Assembly (NCBI GenBank): GCA_001782035.1
Contig: MFNL01000001.1
Span: forward strand, 277,012-341,011
Source: Candidatus Levybacteria bacterium RIFCSPHIGHO2_01_FULL_37_17
GTDB taxonomy: Bacteria; Patescibacteriota; Microgenomatia; Levybacterales; UBA12049
Direction: 5' to 3'
DNA: 64,000 nucleotides
The translations under genes were made by a program, and so were the position numbers. Every line of letters begins with the position of its first letter. Positions within the stretch are counted from its first letter, which is position 1. Shown in pieces: positions 19,423 to 28,050 of this stretch. The notes beneath the pieces are model-generated. The model saw nothing but the letters and a program-made list of their open reading frames with translations. It ran no database searches and had not been told where the DNA came from.

Positions 19423-20482
19423 CTGCAGGTAAATAAGCAAGAAATCCATCATTTCCTTCAAATACTACGATAGGGTACAAATAATCTTGCTCTTTTTCAC
19501 CCATATAATATGCAAGAAAAATATCCTTAATTTTAATACTATTTCCGGCACCGTAATAGGATGCGATATATGCCTTGCCCTCTTTGAGTTCTTCAAAAGC
19601 AGCACCCGAAGTTTTTATTGGATATGTTGAGCTTTCGCCTGACACCCTTTGCATAGAATAATTTGCTCTTACTATTTGAGGGCCGTCAGTTCCGCCTGTG
19701 ACGATTAAATTAATATTAGATTCAATCGGTTTTCCATAAAATATGGGTAAATTATTTATATCCTTTTGATAAAAGTTAATTCTATAAGCCCGTGTGGAGC
19801 CTTGACTTGTAGCAGCAAGAAGCTGTCCGTCCTTTACGGAAAGCAATATGGTTCTGGTCTTAGACGTGTCTAAGTCACCGGTTGGATAGTTCATGTCGTA
19901 TAAGAAATCTCTTGCTTTACTTACCGCATCAGCCTGTTTAGGAAGGTTTTTGCCGGAAAGTACATCGCTTTGAAAATAAAATGGAGAAAACAGAGTAAAA
20001 TCACGACTTTTAATATTAACCCTTATAGTTTTTAAAAATTGTCCGCTGCTATTTGTCCAAAAATAAGAATCATCAGATACCTTAAAAGGACCATTTTCAA
20101 ATCCGACATTTTTAACGTCTTGACCAATTTTCTTTAATGCCAGAAGGTCTGCCTTAGGTTTTTCGATTTCATAAATTTTAATCTGGTCTTTAAACAGTGG
20201 AACTTTTCCCGAAATTGTATCAAGGGAATATTTATAATTTTCATTAACAGCAGAAGTCGGAAATGAGATAGCCGGAAGTTTTCCAAATGCTATCGTAGGC
20301 TTTGGAGGGGGAGTAGGAAAGAAAGTCTCTTTTAGAAGAACAAGAGCCCTATAGGCAAGTATTAATACAAAAATAGCCGCAACTACAATTCCTGCCCATT
20401 TTAGAATGAGTTTAGTTTCTTTGCTTGCAGCTGTTAAAGTGAGCATATATTGAGTATAAGAAAACTTTGAGCTACAATGCAA
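19397..20482 (-). CDS. hypothetical membrane-anchored extracellular protein
   Basis: N-terminal TM (IVVAAIFVLILAY) then ~300 aa soluble domain; alternative start MLTLTAAS at 20446. Confidence 0.45.
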   Translation of the reverse strand: MHCSSKFSYTQYMLTLTAASKETKLILKWAGIVVAAIFVLILAYRALVLLKETFFPTPPPKPTIAFGKLPAISFPTSAVNENYKYSLDTISGKVPLFKDQIKIYEIEKPKADLLALKKIGQDVKNVGFENGPFKVSDDSYFWTNSSGQFLKTIRVNIKSRDFTLFSPFYFQSDVLSGKNLPKQADAVSKARDFLYDMNYPTGDLDTSKTRTILLSVKDGQLLAATSQGSTRAYRINFYQKDINNLPIFYGKPIESNINLIVTGGTDGPQIVRANYSMQRVSGESSTYPIKTSGAAFEELKEGKAYIASYYGAGNSIKIKDIFLAYYMGEKEQDYLYPIVVFEGNDGFLAYLPAVTDEWISK

Positions 20483-20599
20483 CTAAAGGGGTCCTGTCCC
20501 GGGTTTCCCTCCCGCCAGTGCTCACTCGAATATTTTCTTCGAAAATAGCTCGTTGCGCGCTGTCAGGAGCCTTTCCACCCGTGCCACCCCTCAATAAAT

Positions 20600-21835
20600 A
20601 TGGTTAGAGTAAGGTTTGCACCAAGTCCAACAGGAATACAACATATCGGAGGAATAAGGACAGCGCTTTATAATTATTTGTTCGCGAAGAAAAATCAAGG
20701 AGAGTTTTTACTTAGAATCGAAGATACCGACCAAAAAAGGCTGATCAAAGAAGCAGAAGGGGCACTTCTTGAGATGCTTAGATGGCTTGAAATAGAGCCA
20801 AAAGGAAATATTGTCCACCAGTCAAAACGTCTTGATATTTATAAAAAATACGCAAAAGAGCTTGTTTCAAAAGAACTAGCTTATGAAAAAGATGGCGCAA
20901 TCTGGGTTAAAATGCCGGAAAGTAAGAGCTTTGAATGGACTGATTTAGTAGGAAACAAGCATATTAGATTTGAGGGAAAAGATCAAAAAGACTTTGTGAT
21001 TTTAAAATCCGACGAATTTCCGACCTATCATTTTGCAAATGTAGTCGACGACCACTTATTTGAAATAACACACGTTTTTAGAGGCGAAGAATGGATATCA
21101 TCTACTCCTAAACACCTGTATCTATATGAAAGTTTTGGATGGAAAAGACCTGAATTTGTTCATCTCCCTGTAATTTTAGGAAGCGATCATACCAAGCTTT
21201 CCAAAAGACATGGTGCAAAATCAGTTTTGGATTACAGGAGTCAAGGTTATTTAAAGGAAGCTGTACTAAATTACATGGCGCTTCTTGGTTGGAATCCGGG
21301 TGGGGACAGAGAAAAAATGAGCCTAGATGAGATGATTGAGCTATTTAAGATAGACCATATTAATAGTGCAAATCCTATTTTTGATCAAACTAAATTTGAA
21401 TGGCTAAACGGTGTTTGGATACGCAGTATTTCGACAAAAGACTTGCAAGAAAGACTAATTGAGTTCTACTCAGATGATAAAGAGGTTACAGAAACTCTTA
21501 AAAGTTCAAAATCGCCTGATTTAGTAAAGGTTGCAGCCTCAAGAATGAAAACCTTGATGGATTTCAAAAGTTTGGTTTCTAAAACTTCTCAAAGAGAAAA
21601 AACTCGGGAGGAAATTAAAATAGCGAAAAAACTAAAAACATTTTTGACCCAAAATCTAAAAACATGGGAAGACGCAGAGCTGCTTAATGCAATAAAGGAA
21701 TTTAGTAAAGAAGAAGATATTCCATTTAAGACAATTTTTTTCCTGCTAACCGGAAAGGAACAGGGAATTGGAATTTTAGAGTTAAATCAAATCTACGGAA
21801 AAGACTTTTTGATATCAAATTTAGAGGGCAAATAA
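20600..21835 (+). CDS. gltX: glutamate--tRNA ligase (short form, 411 aa)
   Basis: HIGG (HIGH) motif in RFAPSPTGIQHIGGIRTAL, KLSKR (KMSKS) motif; C-terminal anticodon-binding region shorter than canonical ~470-490 aa. Confidence 0.9.
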   Translation: MVRVRFAPSPTGIQHIGGIRTALYNYLFAKKNQGEFLLRIEDTDQKRLIKEAEGALLEMLRWLEIEPKGNIVHQSKRLDIYKKYAKELVSKELAYEKDGAIWVKMPESKSFEWTDLVGNKHIRFEGKDQKDFVILKSDEFPTYHFANVVDDHLFEITHVFRGEEWISSTPKHLYLYESFGWKRPEFVHLPVILGSDHTKLSKRHGAKSVLDYRSQGYLKEAVLNYMALLGWNPGGDREKMSLDEMIELFKIDHINSANPIFDQTKFEWLNGVWIRSISTKDLQERLIEFYSDDKEVTETLKSSKSPDLVKVAASRMKTLMDFKSLVSKTSQREKTREEIKIAKKLKTFLTQNLKTWEDAELLNAIKEFSKEEDIPFKTIFFLLTGKEQGIGILELNQIYGKDFLISNLEGK

Positions 21836-22318
21836 AAGAACTGCTATCCCAAGAAGAACTATAGCTATTCCACCGATTCCAAGGCCAAGTATTGTAGCGT
21901 TGGGTCCAGCTTCTGGTAAGCCTGCTGCGCTTGCCAAATTAGTGCTCACGGTACTTGACCAAGGACCGGTTGCGCAGCCATTAGTTGCCAACACCTTAAA
22001 AAAATAGTTTGTTTTAGGGAATAAGTCGTTTACTTTGTATTTAACAGCCCCATCAATTTTTCCCATACTAAACTTTACTGAATACGCATCTGCGCTAGAT
22101 GTTAGACCATACGATATTACATAACCATCAAAAGCAGATGTTGGCTGGACAAAGTATAAAGTTGCAGATGAAGAGCTCATAGAAACAGAGTAGAGATTTG
22201 GAGCATCTGCAGGTGGAGTTGCTGAGCATTCTTGTGCAAAAGAAAGCTTGGGAGATAGCCCTGCTAAGGATATTAAGGTGATTAGAATAAATCCGAAGGC
22301 CAAAAACTTAAATTTCAT
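21821..22318 (-). CDS. secreted fibronectin-III-like protein with C-terminal LPEAG plus hydrophobic anchor
   Basis: Signal peptide MKFKFLAFGFILITLISLAG; FN3-like strand pattern (YVISYG...NYFFKVLATNG); C-terminus LPEAGPNATILGLGIGGIAIVLLGIAVLLFAL; start trimmed to Met with signal peptide. Confidence 0.5.
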   Translation of the reverse strand: MKFKFLAFGFILITLISLAGLSPKLSFAQECSATPPADAPNLYSVSMSSSSATLYFVQPTSAFDGYVISYGLTSSADAYSVKFSMGKIDGAVKYKVNDLFPKTNYFFKVLATNGCATGPWSSTVSTNLASAAGLPEAGPNATILGLGIGGIAIVLLGIAVLLFAL

Positions 22319-22413
22319 GCCTTTAGTATAGAATATCTCTTTTTTAGAGCCATTTTGCAATAGGCACATTAATATAAGGTGACTTTTAAGCACAAATCTT
22401 ATAGAATAGGGTG

Positions 22414-22457
22414 TATTGCCGAGTCGCCTGCCTGCGCAGGCAGGTCTAATGGTAGGA
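22414..22457 (+). repeat. partial duplicate of the 5' 26 nt of tRNA-Gln split by an 18-nt perfect palindrome (CCTGCCTGCGCAGGCAGG)
   Basis: TATTGCCGAGTCG[palindrome]TCTAATGGTAGGA is identical to 22711..22737 (tRNA 5' end) apart from the inserted hairpin; seen directly. Confidence 0.7.
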
Positions 22458-22461
22458 TAAA

Positions 22462-22710
22462 ATGTGGCACGTTTACATTTTAAGAAGTAAAATTAAGAGA
22501 TGGTATTACGTAGGAAGTACAAATAGGCTTCAAAAGAGAATTCTCGAACATAATTCAGGTAATACTGTCTCAACAAAAGCGTATAGACCTTTTGACTTGA
22601 TATTTAATAAAACTTTTAAATATGAAATTGATGCAAGAAAATACGAAAGAAAACTTAAAGACAAAAGAATAGAAAAAGAACAAATAATAAAAGAAACTGA
22701 AGACAAATAA
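22462..22710 (+). CDS. GIY-YIG nuclease family protein (82 aa)
   Basis: VYILRS...RWYYVGSTNRLQKRILEHN is the GIY-YIG catalytic module; lies between the tRNA-fragment repeat and intact tRNA-Gln. Confidence 0.85.
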   Translation: MWHVYILRSKIKRWYYVGSTNRLQKRILEHNSGNTVSTKAYRPFDLIFNKTFKYEIDARKYERKLKDKRIEKEQIIKETEDK

Positions 22711-22714
22711 TTAT

Positions 22715-22785
22715 TGCCGAGTCGTCTAATGGTAGGACAACGGATTCTGGATCCGTTTATTGGGGTTCGAATCCCTGCTCGGCAG
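22715..22785 (+). tRNA. tRNA-Gln (anticodon CTG)
   Basis: Manual fold: 7-bp acceptor TGCCGAG/CTCGGCA, D-stem GTCT/GGAC, anticodon stem ACGGA/TCCGT with loop TTCTGGA, T-loop TTCGAAT, discriminator G; CCA not encoded. Confidence 0.85.
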
Positions 22786-22873
22786 CAAGCACGTGCAGGT
22801 ATAGTACGGTACCCTCTCTATTCACGTCCTCAATTCGCTGGAGATCTTTTACGGATATGGTTATCAGCTGATA

Positions 22874-23230
22874 ATGCCTTCTTTTATGAAGAAAGCTGGA
22901 GAAGAACAATGGGGTATGTATGAAGGATACAGAGATGACGCTCAATATTTAATCGATATTGCTGATCAGAAAGTGCCAAGCGACCAGATCACTGGAAATT
23001 CCAAAGCAAGAGATAAAAGGGACAAGGCTATACAAAAATATACTGAAGAACTTGATAGGCTATCAAATATTAAAGACTGGAGAATTCCTATTATTTCGCA
23101 GCCTTTACCAAAAGAATGTAATAAGGATAATTTATTTATTCCTGAAACTTCTGGCTCAATTGATTGGACGGGAGAAGAAGATAAAGAAACTCCCATCCCT
23201 GGGCCTTTTAATTTCGAACCATTATCTTAA
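22874..23230 (+). CDS. hypothetical protein (118 aa)
   Basis: ORF immediately 3' of tRNA-Gln; acidic, no family recognised. Confidence 0.4.
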   Translation: MPSFMKKAGEEQWGMYEGYRDDAQYLIDIADQKVPSDQITGNSKARDKRDKAIQKYTEELDRLSNIKDWRIPIISQPLPKECNKDNLFIPETSGSIDWTGEEDKETPIPGPFNFEPLS

Positions 23231-23232
23231 AA

Positions 23233-23627
23233 TGAATATTAAACCAAATCCAAATATTCCTACAGACCAAAAATTACTGGATCTTCTTAAAGACGCATAT
23301 ACGAAAAACTTTGAGTGTTATAAAGCTTTGATAAAATTTGATGCAATAAAACCGTTTTCAAATTATGTTCCCGAGATAATAAGAGGAGACTTAGATAGAT
23401 TTGCTAAAGAGGAGGAAAAACAGCAGTTCCATTACCTTTTTGTTTATCAAGAGGGGGATAAATTTATTATGAGCGACGATTATAAAGCATACTATTGCTA
23501 TAAGATAATCGGTACCAATGAAGTTCCTTGCGTCGTTCTAGGAGAACCTAAGGGAGAAAACGTCACATTTAAAGGAAAACCATTCCTTCTCGAAGCTCCA
23601 CAAATAAAGATTACAAAAAATGAATAA
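23233..23627 (+). CDS. ParB-like nuclease domain protein (131 aa)
   Basis: IKPNPNIP N-terminal motif and ...YQEGDKFIMSDDYKAYYCYKIIGTNEVPCVVL resemble the ParB N-terminal/sulfiredoxin-fold core; start set at Met after the upstream stop (ORF track 22959 start overlaps previous gene in another frame). Confidence 0.45.
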
Positions 23628-24102
23628 CAAAAATCAAGGAACCTTGATACTACTAGCTTTTTTCGGTGTATTAATTTTGGTTTTTGCACTTTTTATGGTA
23701 AATCAAATGTCTGTCGATAAGGGTTCGGATGGAAACAACCCACTGCCAAAGGGACTCCAGAATGACCCTTTTAAGCCTGACGATTCTCAGGCATGTGAAG
23801 ATCAAGAAATTGAATTGGCAAGTATACTTGCTAAATCAATAAATGTTCTTGAATCAAGAGATGAAAATGACTACGAAGATACAATGAGCAAAGTGGAAGA
23901 GGCGCTAAATTATTTGGATATAAACTTTAATAAATACCACTCAGAATTTTACTATGTAGTTGAAGCAGCGGTTGACGGAAGACACCAGTTAGAAATGGTA
24001 GGAATAGATGATTATCAGGATTCACTTTATAGAATAAGCGAGGCTAACACTTCATTACGTCATGCGCATGAGAATCTCATTAATGTGTGTAACTCAGAAT
24101 AA
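23620..24102 (+). CDS. hypothetical membrane-anchored acidic protein
   Basis: N-terminal TM LILLAFFGVLILVFALFMV then 130-aa Asp/Glu-rich domain. Confidence 0.4.
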   Translation: MNNKNQGTLILLAFFGVLILVFALFMVNQMSVDKGSDGNNPLPKGLQNDPFKPDDSQACEDQEIELASILAKSINVLESRDENDYEDTMSKVEEALNYLDINFNKYHSEFYYVVEAAVDGRHQLEMVGIDDYQDSLYRISEANTSLRHAHENLINVCNSE

Positions 24103-24140
24103 AAGGTAATAACCCTTTTATAGTGTCTCATTTGTCTCGT

Positions 24141-24170
24141 TTGAGCCTGTATATGAGACACTGCTATAAT
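24141..24170 (+). promoter_or_regulatory. candidate promoter TTGAGC-N18-TATAAT overlapped by a 10-bp inverted repeat (AGTGTCTCAT...ATGAGACACT)
   Basis: Read directly; ~75 nt upstream of the NUDIX gene. Confidence 0.3.
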
Positions 24171-24245
24171 GACTAAACGGGTCTAGACCAACCCGCTCAG
24201 CATTCTGCTCGCCATTTATCGGTTCAAAGGGTATATAATGTATTT

Positions 24246-24644
24246 ATGGCAGATATCTCCTCGAGTCTAATACTATTGACATATAAAGGTAAAATACTTC
24301 TAATGCACAAAACTAATGGCGTTTTAGACCCAGTAGTTCATCCATGGTCCTTAATAGGGGGAGAACGTCGGGAGAAAGAATCTTTTGAGGAAGCAATGAG
24401 CAGAACTGTAGAAAAAGAAACAGGTATAAAAATTGAAAATATTGAGCGTATATCGGATTTTAAGTATCATGCTGCACTTACAGATGATAATATAAACAAA
24501 ATCCAGCGAGGAGAATTTCAGTTACTCGATTTTTTTGCACCAAAAGATTTACAGAAACTTTTGCTATCTGACTCAACACAAGAATTCGTATCTAATTACA
24601 GTTACCTTACCGACAATACATCCTTAGTAAGTGCTATTAAATAG
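24246..24644 (+). CDS. NUDIX hydrolase (small)
   Basis: Nudix box GGERREKESFEEAMSRTVEKETGI fits Gx5Ex7REUxEExGU. Confidence 0.7.
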   Translation: MADISSSLILLTYKGKILLMHKTNGVLDPVVHPWSLIGGERREKESFEEAMSRTVEKETGIKIENIERISDFKYHAALTDDNINKIQRGEFQLLDFFAPKDLQKLLLSDSTQEFVSNYSYLTDNTSLVSAIK

Positions 24645-24799
24645 CTAATTTGTTCCCTTCGTGGTATAATATACTCAGTTGCAGATCGTATATAAATACA
24701 TCTGCTTAATGATTGATTTAGTTTTAAATAGAAAGAAAGATCCAATTTTCCACATTACATCTTCTTAAACTTTAACAACGTCATTTTGAGCAGAGGTAT

Positions 24800-25999
24800 A
24801 TGTATTACGATTCAATAAGAAAACCTAATTATAGAAATAAAACAAAAAATTTCTATGGAAAGAAAAGCAATGGTTATTCCAGATTTCGACAAATAAAAAA
24901 GCTAGACCCGAACCTTTTTATAAAAAGTGCTCAAATAACGGAATTACCTCATGAGCAAGAATCTTTAGCAAGATTTGTCGATTACTCAATAGACGAAAAG
25001 ATAAAAAGAAATATTGTAGAGCACGGATACACAATCCCTACTTTAATACAAGAGCAGTCTATTCCCCACATACTTTCAGGAAGAGATATTATTGGAATCG
25101 CCAATACCGGAACAGGCAAAACCGCAGCATTTTTAGTTACTCTTATTAACAAGTCTCTTATAGATAGAAATCAAAGAACATTGATTTTAGTGCCGACACG
25201 GGAACTAGCTGTTCAAATTAAAGACGAGTTTAAAATATTTGCCAAGGGTACAAATCTTGAAGCAGTAGCAGCAATCGGAGGCATAAATATTAAAAGCCAA
25301 ACTTACGCATTAAGACACAAACCGCATTTTGTTGTCGCAACTCCAGGAAGACTTAAGGATTTAATCCAGAGAAGACAGATAAACCTTTTTCATTTTCAAA
25401 ATGTAGTACTCGATGAAGTAGATAGAATGGTAGACGTAGGGTTTTTAAATGAAATAAAGTATATTATTTCTCTACTTCCAAAAACTCGGCAGTCTTTATT
25501 CTTTTCCGCAACCGTTGACAGAAAAACAGAGGAAATAGTAAATAGTTTTGTTACCAACCCCGTGAAAATTTCTGTTAAAAGGCAGGAAACCGGAGAAAAC
25601 ATAAATCAGGATATTATCAAAATAGGTAAAAATTTATCTAAAATAGACACCTTGCATGATTTACTTGTTAAGCCCGGTTTTGAAAAGGTTTTGGTTTTTG
25701 GAAAAACAAAATGGGGAGCCGAGAAATTGTCAAAAGCCCTGATAGAAAGAGGTTTTAAGACCGCTGCGATTCATGGAAATAAATCCCAAAACCAAAGATT
25801 AAGAGCCTTGCAGGAGTTTAAAGAAAATAGACTGCAGATTTTAATCGCAACAGACGTTGCCTCAAGAGGCCTTGATATAGAAAATGTAACCCATGTAATT
25901 AATTACGATGCACCAACATCTTATGAGGAATATATTCATCGAATAGGAAGAACAGGCAGGGCAGGTAAAACGGGAAACGCCCTGACTTTTATAGACTAA
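24800..25999 (+). CDS. DEAD-box ATP-dependent RNA helicase
   Basis: Q-motif/PTLIQ, Walker A ANTGTGKT, DEVD (DEAD variant), SAT, HRIGRTGRAG motifs. Confidence 0.9.
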   Translation: MYYDSIRKPNYRNKTKNFYGKKSNGYSRFRQIKKLDPNLFIKSAQITELPHEQESLARFVDYSIDEKIKRNIVEHGYTIPTLIQEQSIPHILSGRDIIGIANTGTGKTAAFLVTLINKSLIDRNQRTLILVPTRELAVQIKDEFKIFAKGTNLEAVAAIGGINIKSQTYALRHKPHFVVATPGRLKDLIQRRQINLFHFQNVVLDEVDRMVDVGFLNEIKYIISLLPKTRQSLFFSATVDRKTEEIVNSFVTNPVKISVKRQETGENINQDIIKIGKNLSKIDTLHDLLVKPGFEKVLVFGKTKWGAEKLSKALIERGFKTAAIHGNKSQNQRLRALQEFKENRLQILIATDVASRGLDIENVTHVINYDAPTSYEEYIHRIGRTGRAGKTGNALTFID

Positions 26000-26096
26000 G
26001 GATTATGAATGTCTAATTTATTAGTAGGAGTTAGTTCGAAGCAATATTAAAATGTTACTAATTAAGCCTCAAATGATATAATTAACCATAAGAAAC

Positions 26097-26489
26097 ATGA
26101 AAAAAATGCCAGAAGATTATTGGAAGAAAAAACTAACTCCAGAGCAATACAGGGTTTTGAGAGAAAAGGGGACAGAGCCTGCTTTTTCTGGGGCACTCTA
26201 TGATAACCACGAAGATGGAATGTATAAATGCGCGGCATGTGGGGCAGAACTATTTTCTTCCGATACAAAATTTGATTCAGGAACGGGCTGGCCAAGTTTT
26301 GATAACCCGGTGAATAAAGAAAATGTTATTTTGCAAGATGACAATTCTTATGGAATGCGAAGAACCGAGGTAATTTGCAAAAACTGCGGTTCACACTTGG
26401 GTCACCTGTTCAACGATGGACCAAAAGAAACAACAGGGCAAAGATATTGTATAAATTCCTGTGCTCTAGATTTTAATCCTCAAAAATAA
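26097..26489 (+). CDS. msrB: peptide-methionine (R)-S-oxide reductase MsrB
   Basis: CxxC...CxxC zinc motifs and catalytic RYCINS, GWPSF signature. Confidence 0.9.
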   Translation: MKKMPEDYWKKKLTPEQYRVLREKGTEPAFSGALYDNHEDGMYKCAACGAELFSSDTKFDSGTGWPSFDNPVNKENVILQDDNSYGMRRTEVICKNCGSHLGHLFNDGPKETTGQRYCINSCALDFNPQK

Positions 26490-26491
26490 GA

Positions 26492-27070
26492 TTATCGGGC
26501 TATAATCAGAAGTCGTTTGTAGGTTGTGCCTGCGGGCCAGCAAGTCATTAAGGTAAGGGTTTTTTCTCCTGGTTTAGGATTAAGGTAGGAAACATCTTTA
26601 GCGTCCACTATTTTTGTGTCAATTACTTTATATTCATACCTTATATTTTTGTAATAAACAAAAATCTCATCATCCTTTTTAAGTTTTGAGAGTAAATAAA
26701 ATACTGAGTTGTATCTTGTAGCTTCTAAAATATTGACGGATGAATGGGAAAACAAAAACATGTTGCCAAGTTGACTTGGTAAGGCAGTACCCCTTGCTTG
26801 GGCAACTCCTTTTGTTAAGGCAAGCTGATAAGTATTGGAATTGTAAGGATCTACGTTTGCAACAATTTTGGCATTTGCCCCGATTTTGGGTATTACAATT
26901 CCAAATTCTTTATCAAGAGGTTTTATTTGACTAATCGTTTTTTTAGGCTCGTTAAGTCTATAATTAATTTCTACTTTTGCAACGGGTGCAAATATATAAA
27001 TTAAAAGCACAAGAGAGGAAAATATTAAAATTATTCCTGCACCAATTAGAATTTGGGGAAGTTTCTTCAC
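26492..27070 (-). CDS. sortase (transpeptidase)
   Basis: N-terminal TM anchor, catalytic His in FLFSHSS, TLMTC catalytic Cys motif (TLxTC) and downstream Arg. Confidence 0.8.
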   Translation of the reverse strand: MKKLPQILIGAGIILIFSSLVLLIYIFAPVAKVEINYRLNEPKKTISQIKPLDKEFGIVIPKIGANAKIVANVDPYNSNTYQLALTKGVAQARGTALPSQLGNMFLFSHSSVNILEATRYNSVFYLLSKLKKDDEIFVYYKNIRYEYKVIDTKIVDAKDVSYLNPKPGEKTLTLMTCWPAGTTYKRLLIIAR

Positions 27071-27081
27071 AAGAATTATTT

Positions 27082-28050
27082 TTATTGAGTATTTCTATTG
27101 CGGTAAACGTAATAGGCAATTGCGGCAATAAGTATAAGAAGAGAAAGTGCTAGAATCCAATTTTTTGCAATCCAATTCATGGGTGCAGTTAAAGGATTTT
27201 TAGACATCTCTTCTGATTCTTCGGGCTCTGATGGTTGTGCACTTTCTGTTGCCAAGACTTCTCCACCTTGGCCTGTTGCTTCTGCTCCCTCTCCTAAAAC
27301 CGAACCCGTACCAGTTCCCCCTACAGGGATAGCTCCTTGCGTAACAGTCGTTGTCGGGTTGACTATTGTAGTAGTAACATTTGAATCTCCTATAACACCT
27401 GAGCCGTTTCCATAGGTATCGAAGGCTCTAATAACATAATAATATGTAGTATTACAATTTGGCGAAACGTTATCTGTCATGCTTCCATCGGTATTTGAGC
27501 CTATATTGACACTGTTTACTTGATGAGCTGAGTCAACGTTAAAGCTTGTATCAGAGGATCTATATAAATTCACCTTCACAGTTTTTCCGCCATCATCTGC
27601 TGTTCTAAACGATATTTTATAGGTACAATCATCCTGCTTTGATTTACTATAATTAGTTGGAGTTCCTGGAGTAGAATTGTTGAAATCTGTACTTACTGTT
27701 GAGCTTGTTGAGCTTGAAGTTCCTTGTGCAGTTGCATAAAAGCTATACGTACCGTTTCCTTGATTTAAAGAAACGTCGCATGTGTCTGTATTCCCACCTG
27801 CTGAGGTTACAATGTCGCTTCCAAATTGCGAGAAGCTGCCGCTATCACCCGGACCTGATTTAAAACATTTAACCGTAATAGTCTGTGAGGAATCTGTATC
27901 AAGAGCAACGAATGTTAATGTAAATGAGTCATCGTTTGTTTGGCTTGGGGGAGTCTGAAGTCTTACTGAAGTTGCAGCAAAACTTGTCCCAACAAAGACA
28001 AACAATGCAAAAATTGAAAGCAATAATGATTTAATTATCTTATTTTTCAT
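27082..28050 (-). CDS. secreted Ser/Thr-rich surface protein with two FN3-like domains and C-terminal hydrophobic anchor plus basic tail (putative sortase substrate)
   Basis: Signal peptide; FN3 patterns (TYSFYATAQG; TYYYVIRAFDTYGN); C-terminus ...NPLTAP...WILALSLLILIAAIAYYVYRNRNTQ. Confidence 0.55.
   Translation of the reverse strand: MKNKIIKSLLLSIFALFVFVGTSFAATSVRLQTPPSQTNDDSFTLTFVALDTDSSQTITVKCFKSGPGDSGSFSQFGSDIVTSAGGNTDTCDVSLNQGNGTYSFYATAQGTSSSTSSTVSTDFNNSTPGTPTNYSKSKQDDCTYKISFRTADDGGKTVKVNLYRSSDTSFNVDSAHQVNSVNIGSNTDGSMTDNVSPNCNTTYYYVIRAFDTYGNGSGVIGDSNVTTTIVNPTTTVTQGAIPVGGTGTGSVLGEGAEATGQGGEVLATESAQPSEPEESEEMSKNPLTAPMNWIAKNWILALSLLILIAAIAYYVYRNRNTQ

Noticed and set aside
20483-20599. Considered SRP RNA (ffs) or a T-box leader for the GC-rich region upstream of gltX
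   Set aside because: Neither strand contains the SRP domain-IV consensus (GGUCCGGAAGGAAGCAGC-like). There is no T-box motif GGGUGGNACCGCG, and 117 nt is too short for a T-box. Kept only as an unclassified structured element.
22714-22945. ORFs 22714..22923(+) and 22757..22945(-) from the six-frame track
   Set aside because: They overlap the tRNA-Gln gene and its flank. The translation is low-complexity, so they are read-through artefacts.
22959-23627. 222-aa ORF as a single gene
   Set aside because: Its N-terminal 90 aa overlap the 118-aa ORF 22874..23230 in another frame. A Met at 23233 directly after that ORF's stop gives a compact 131-aa ParB-like protein, so I split it there.
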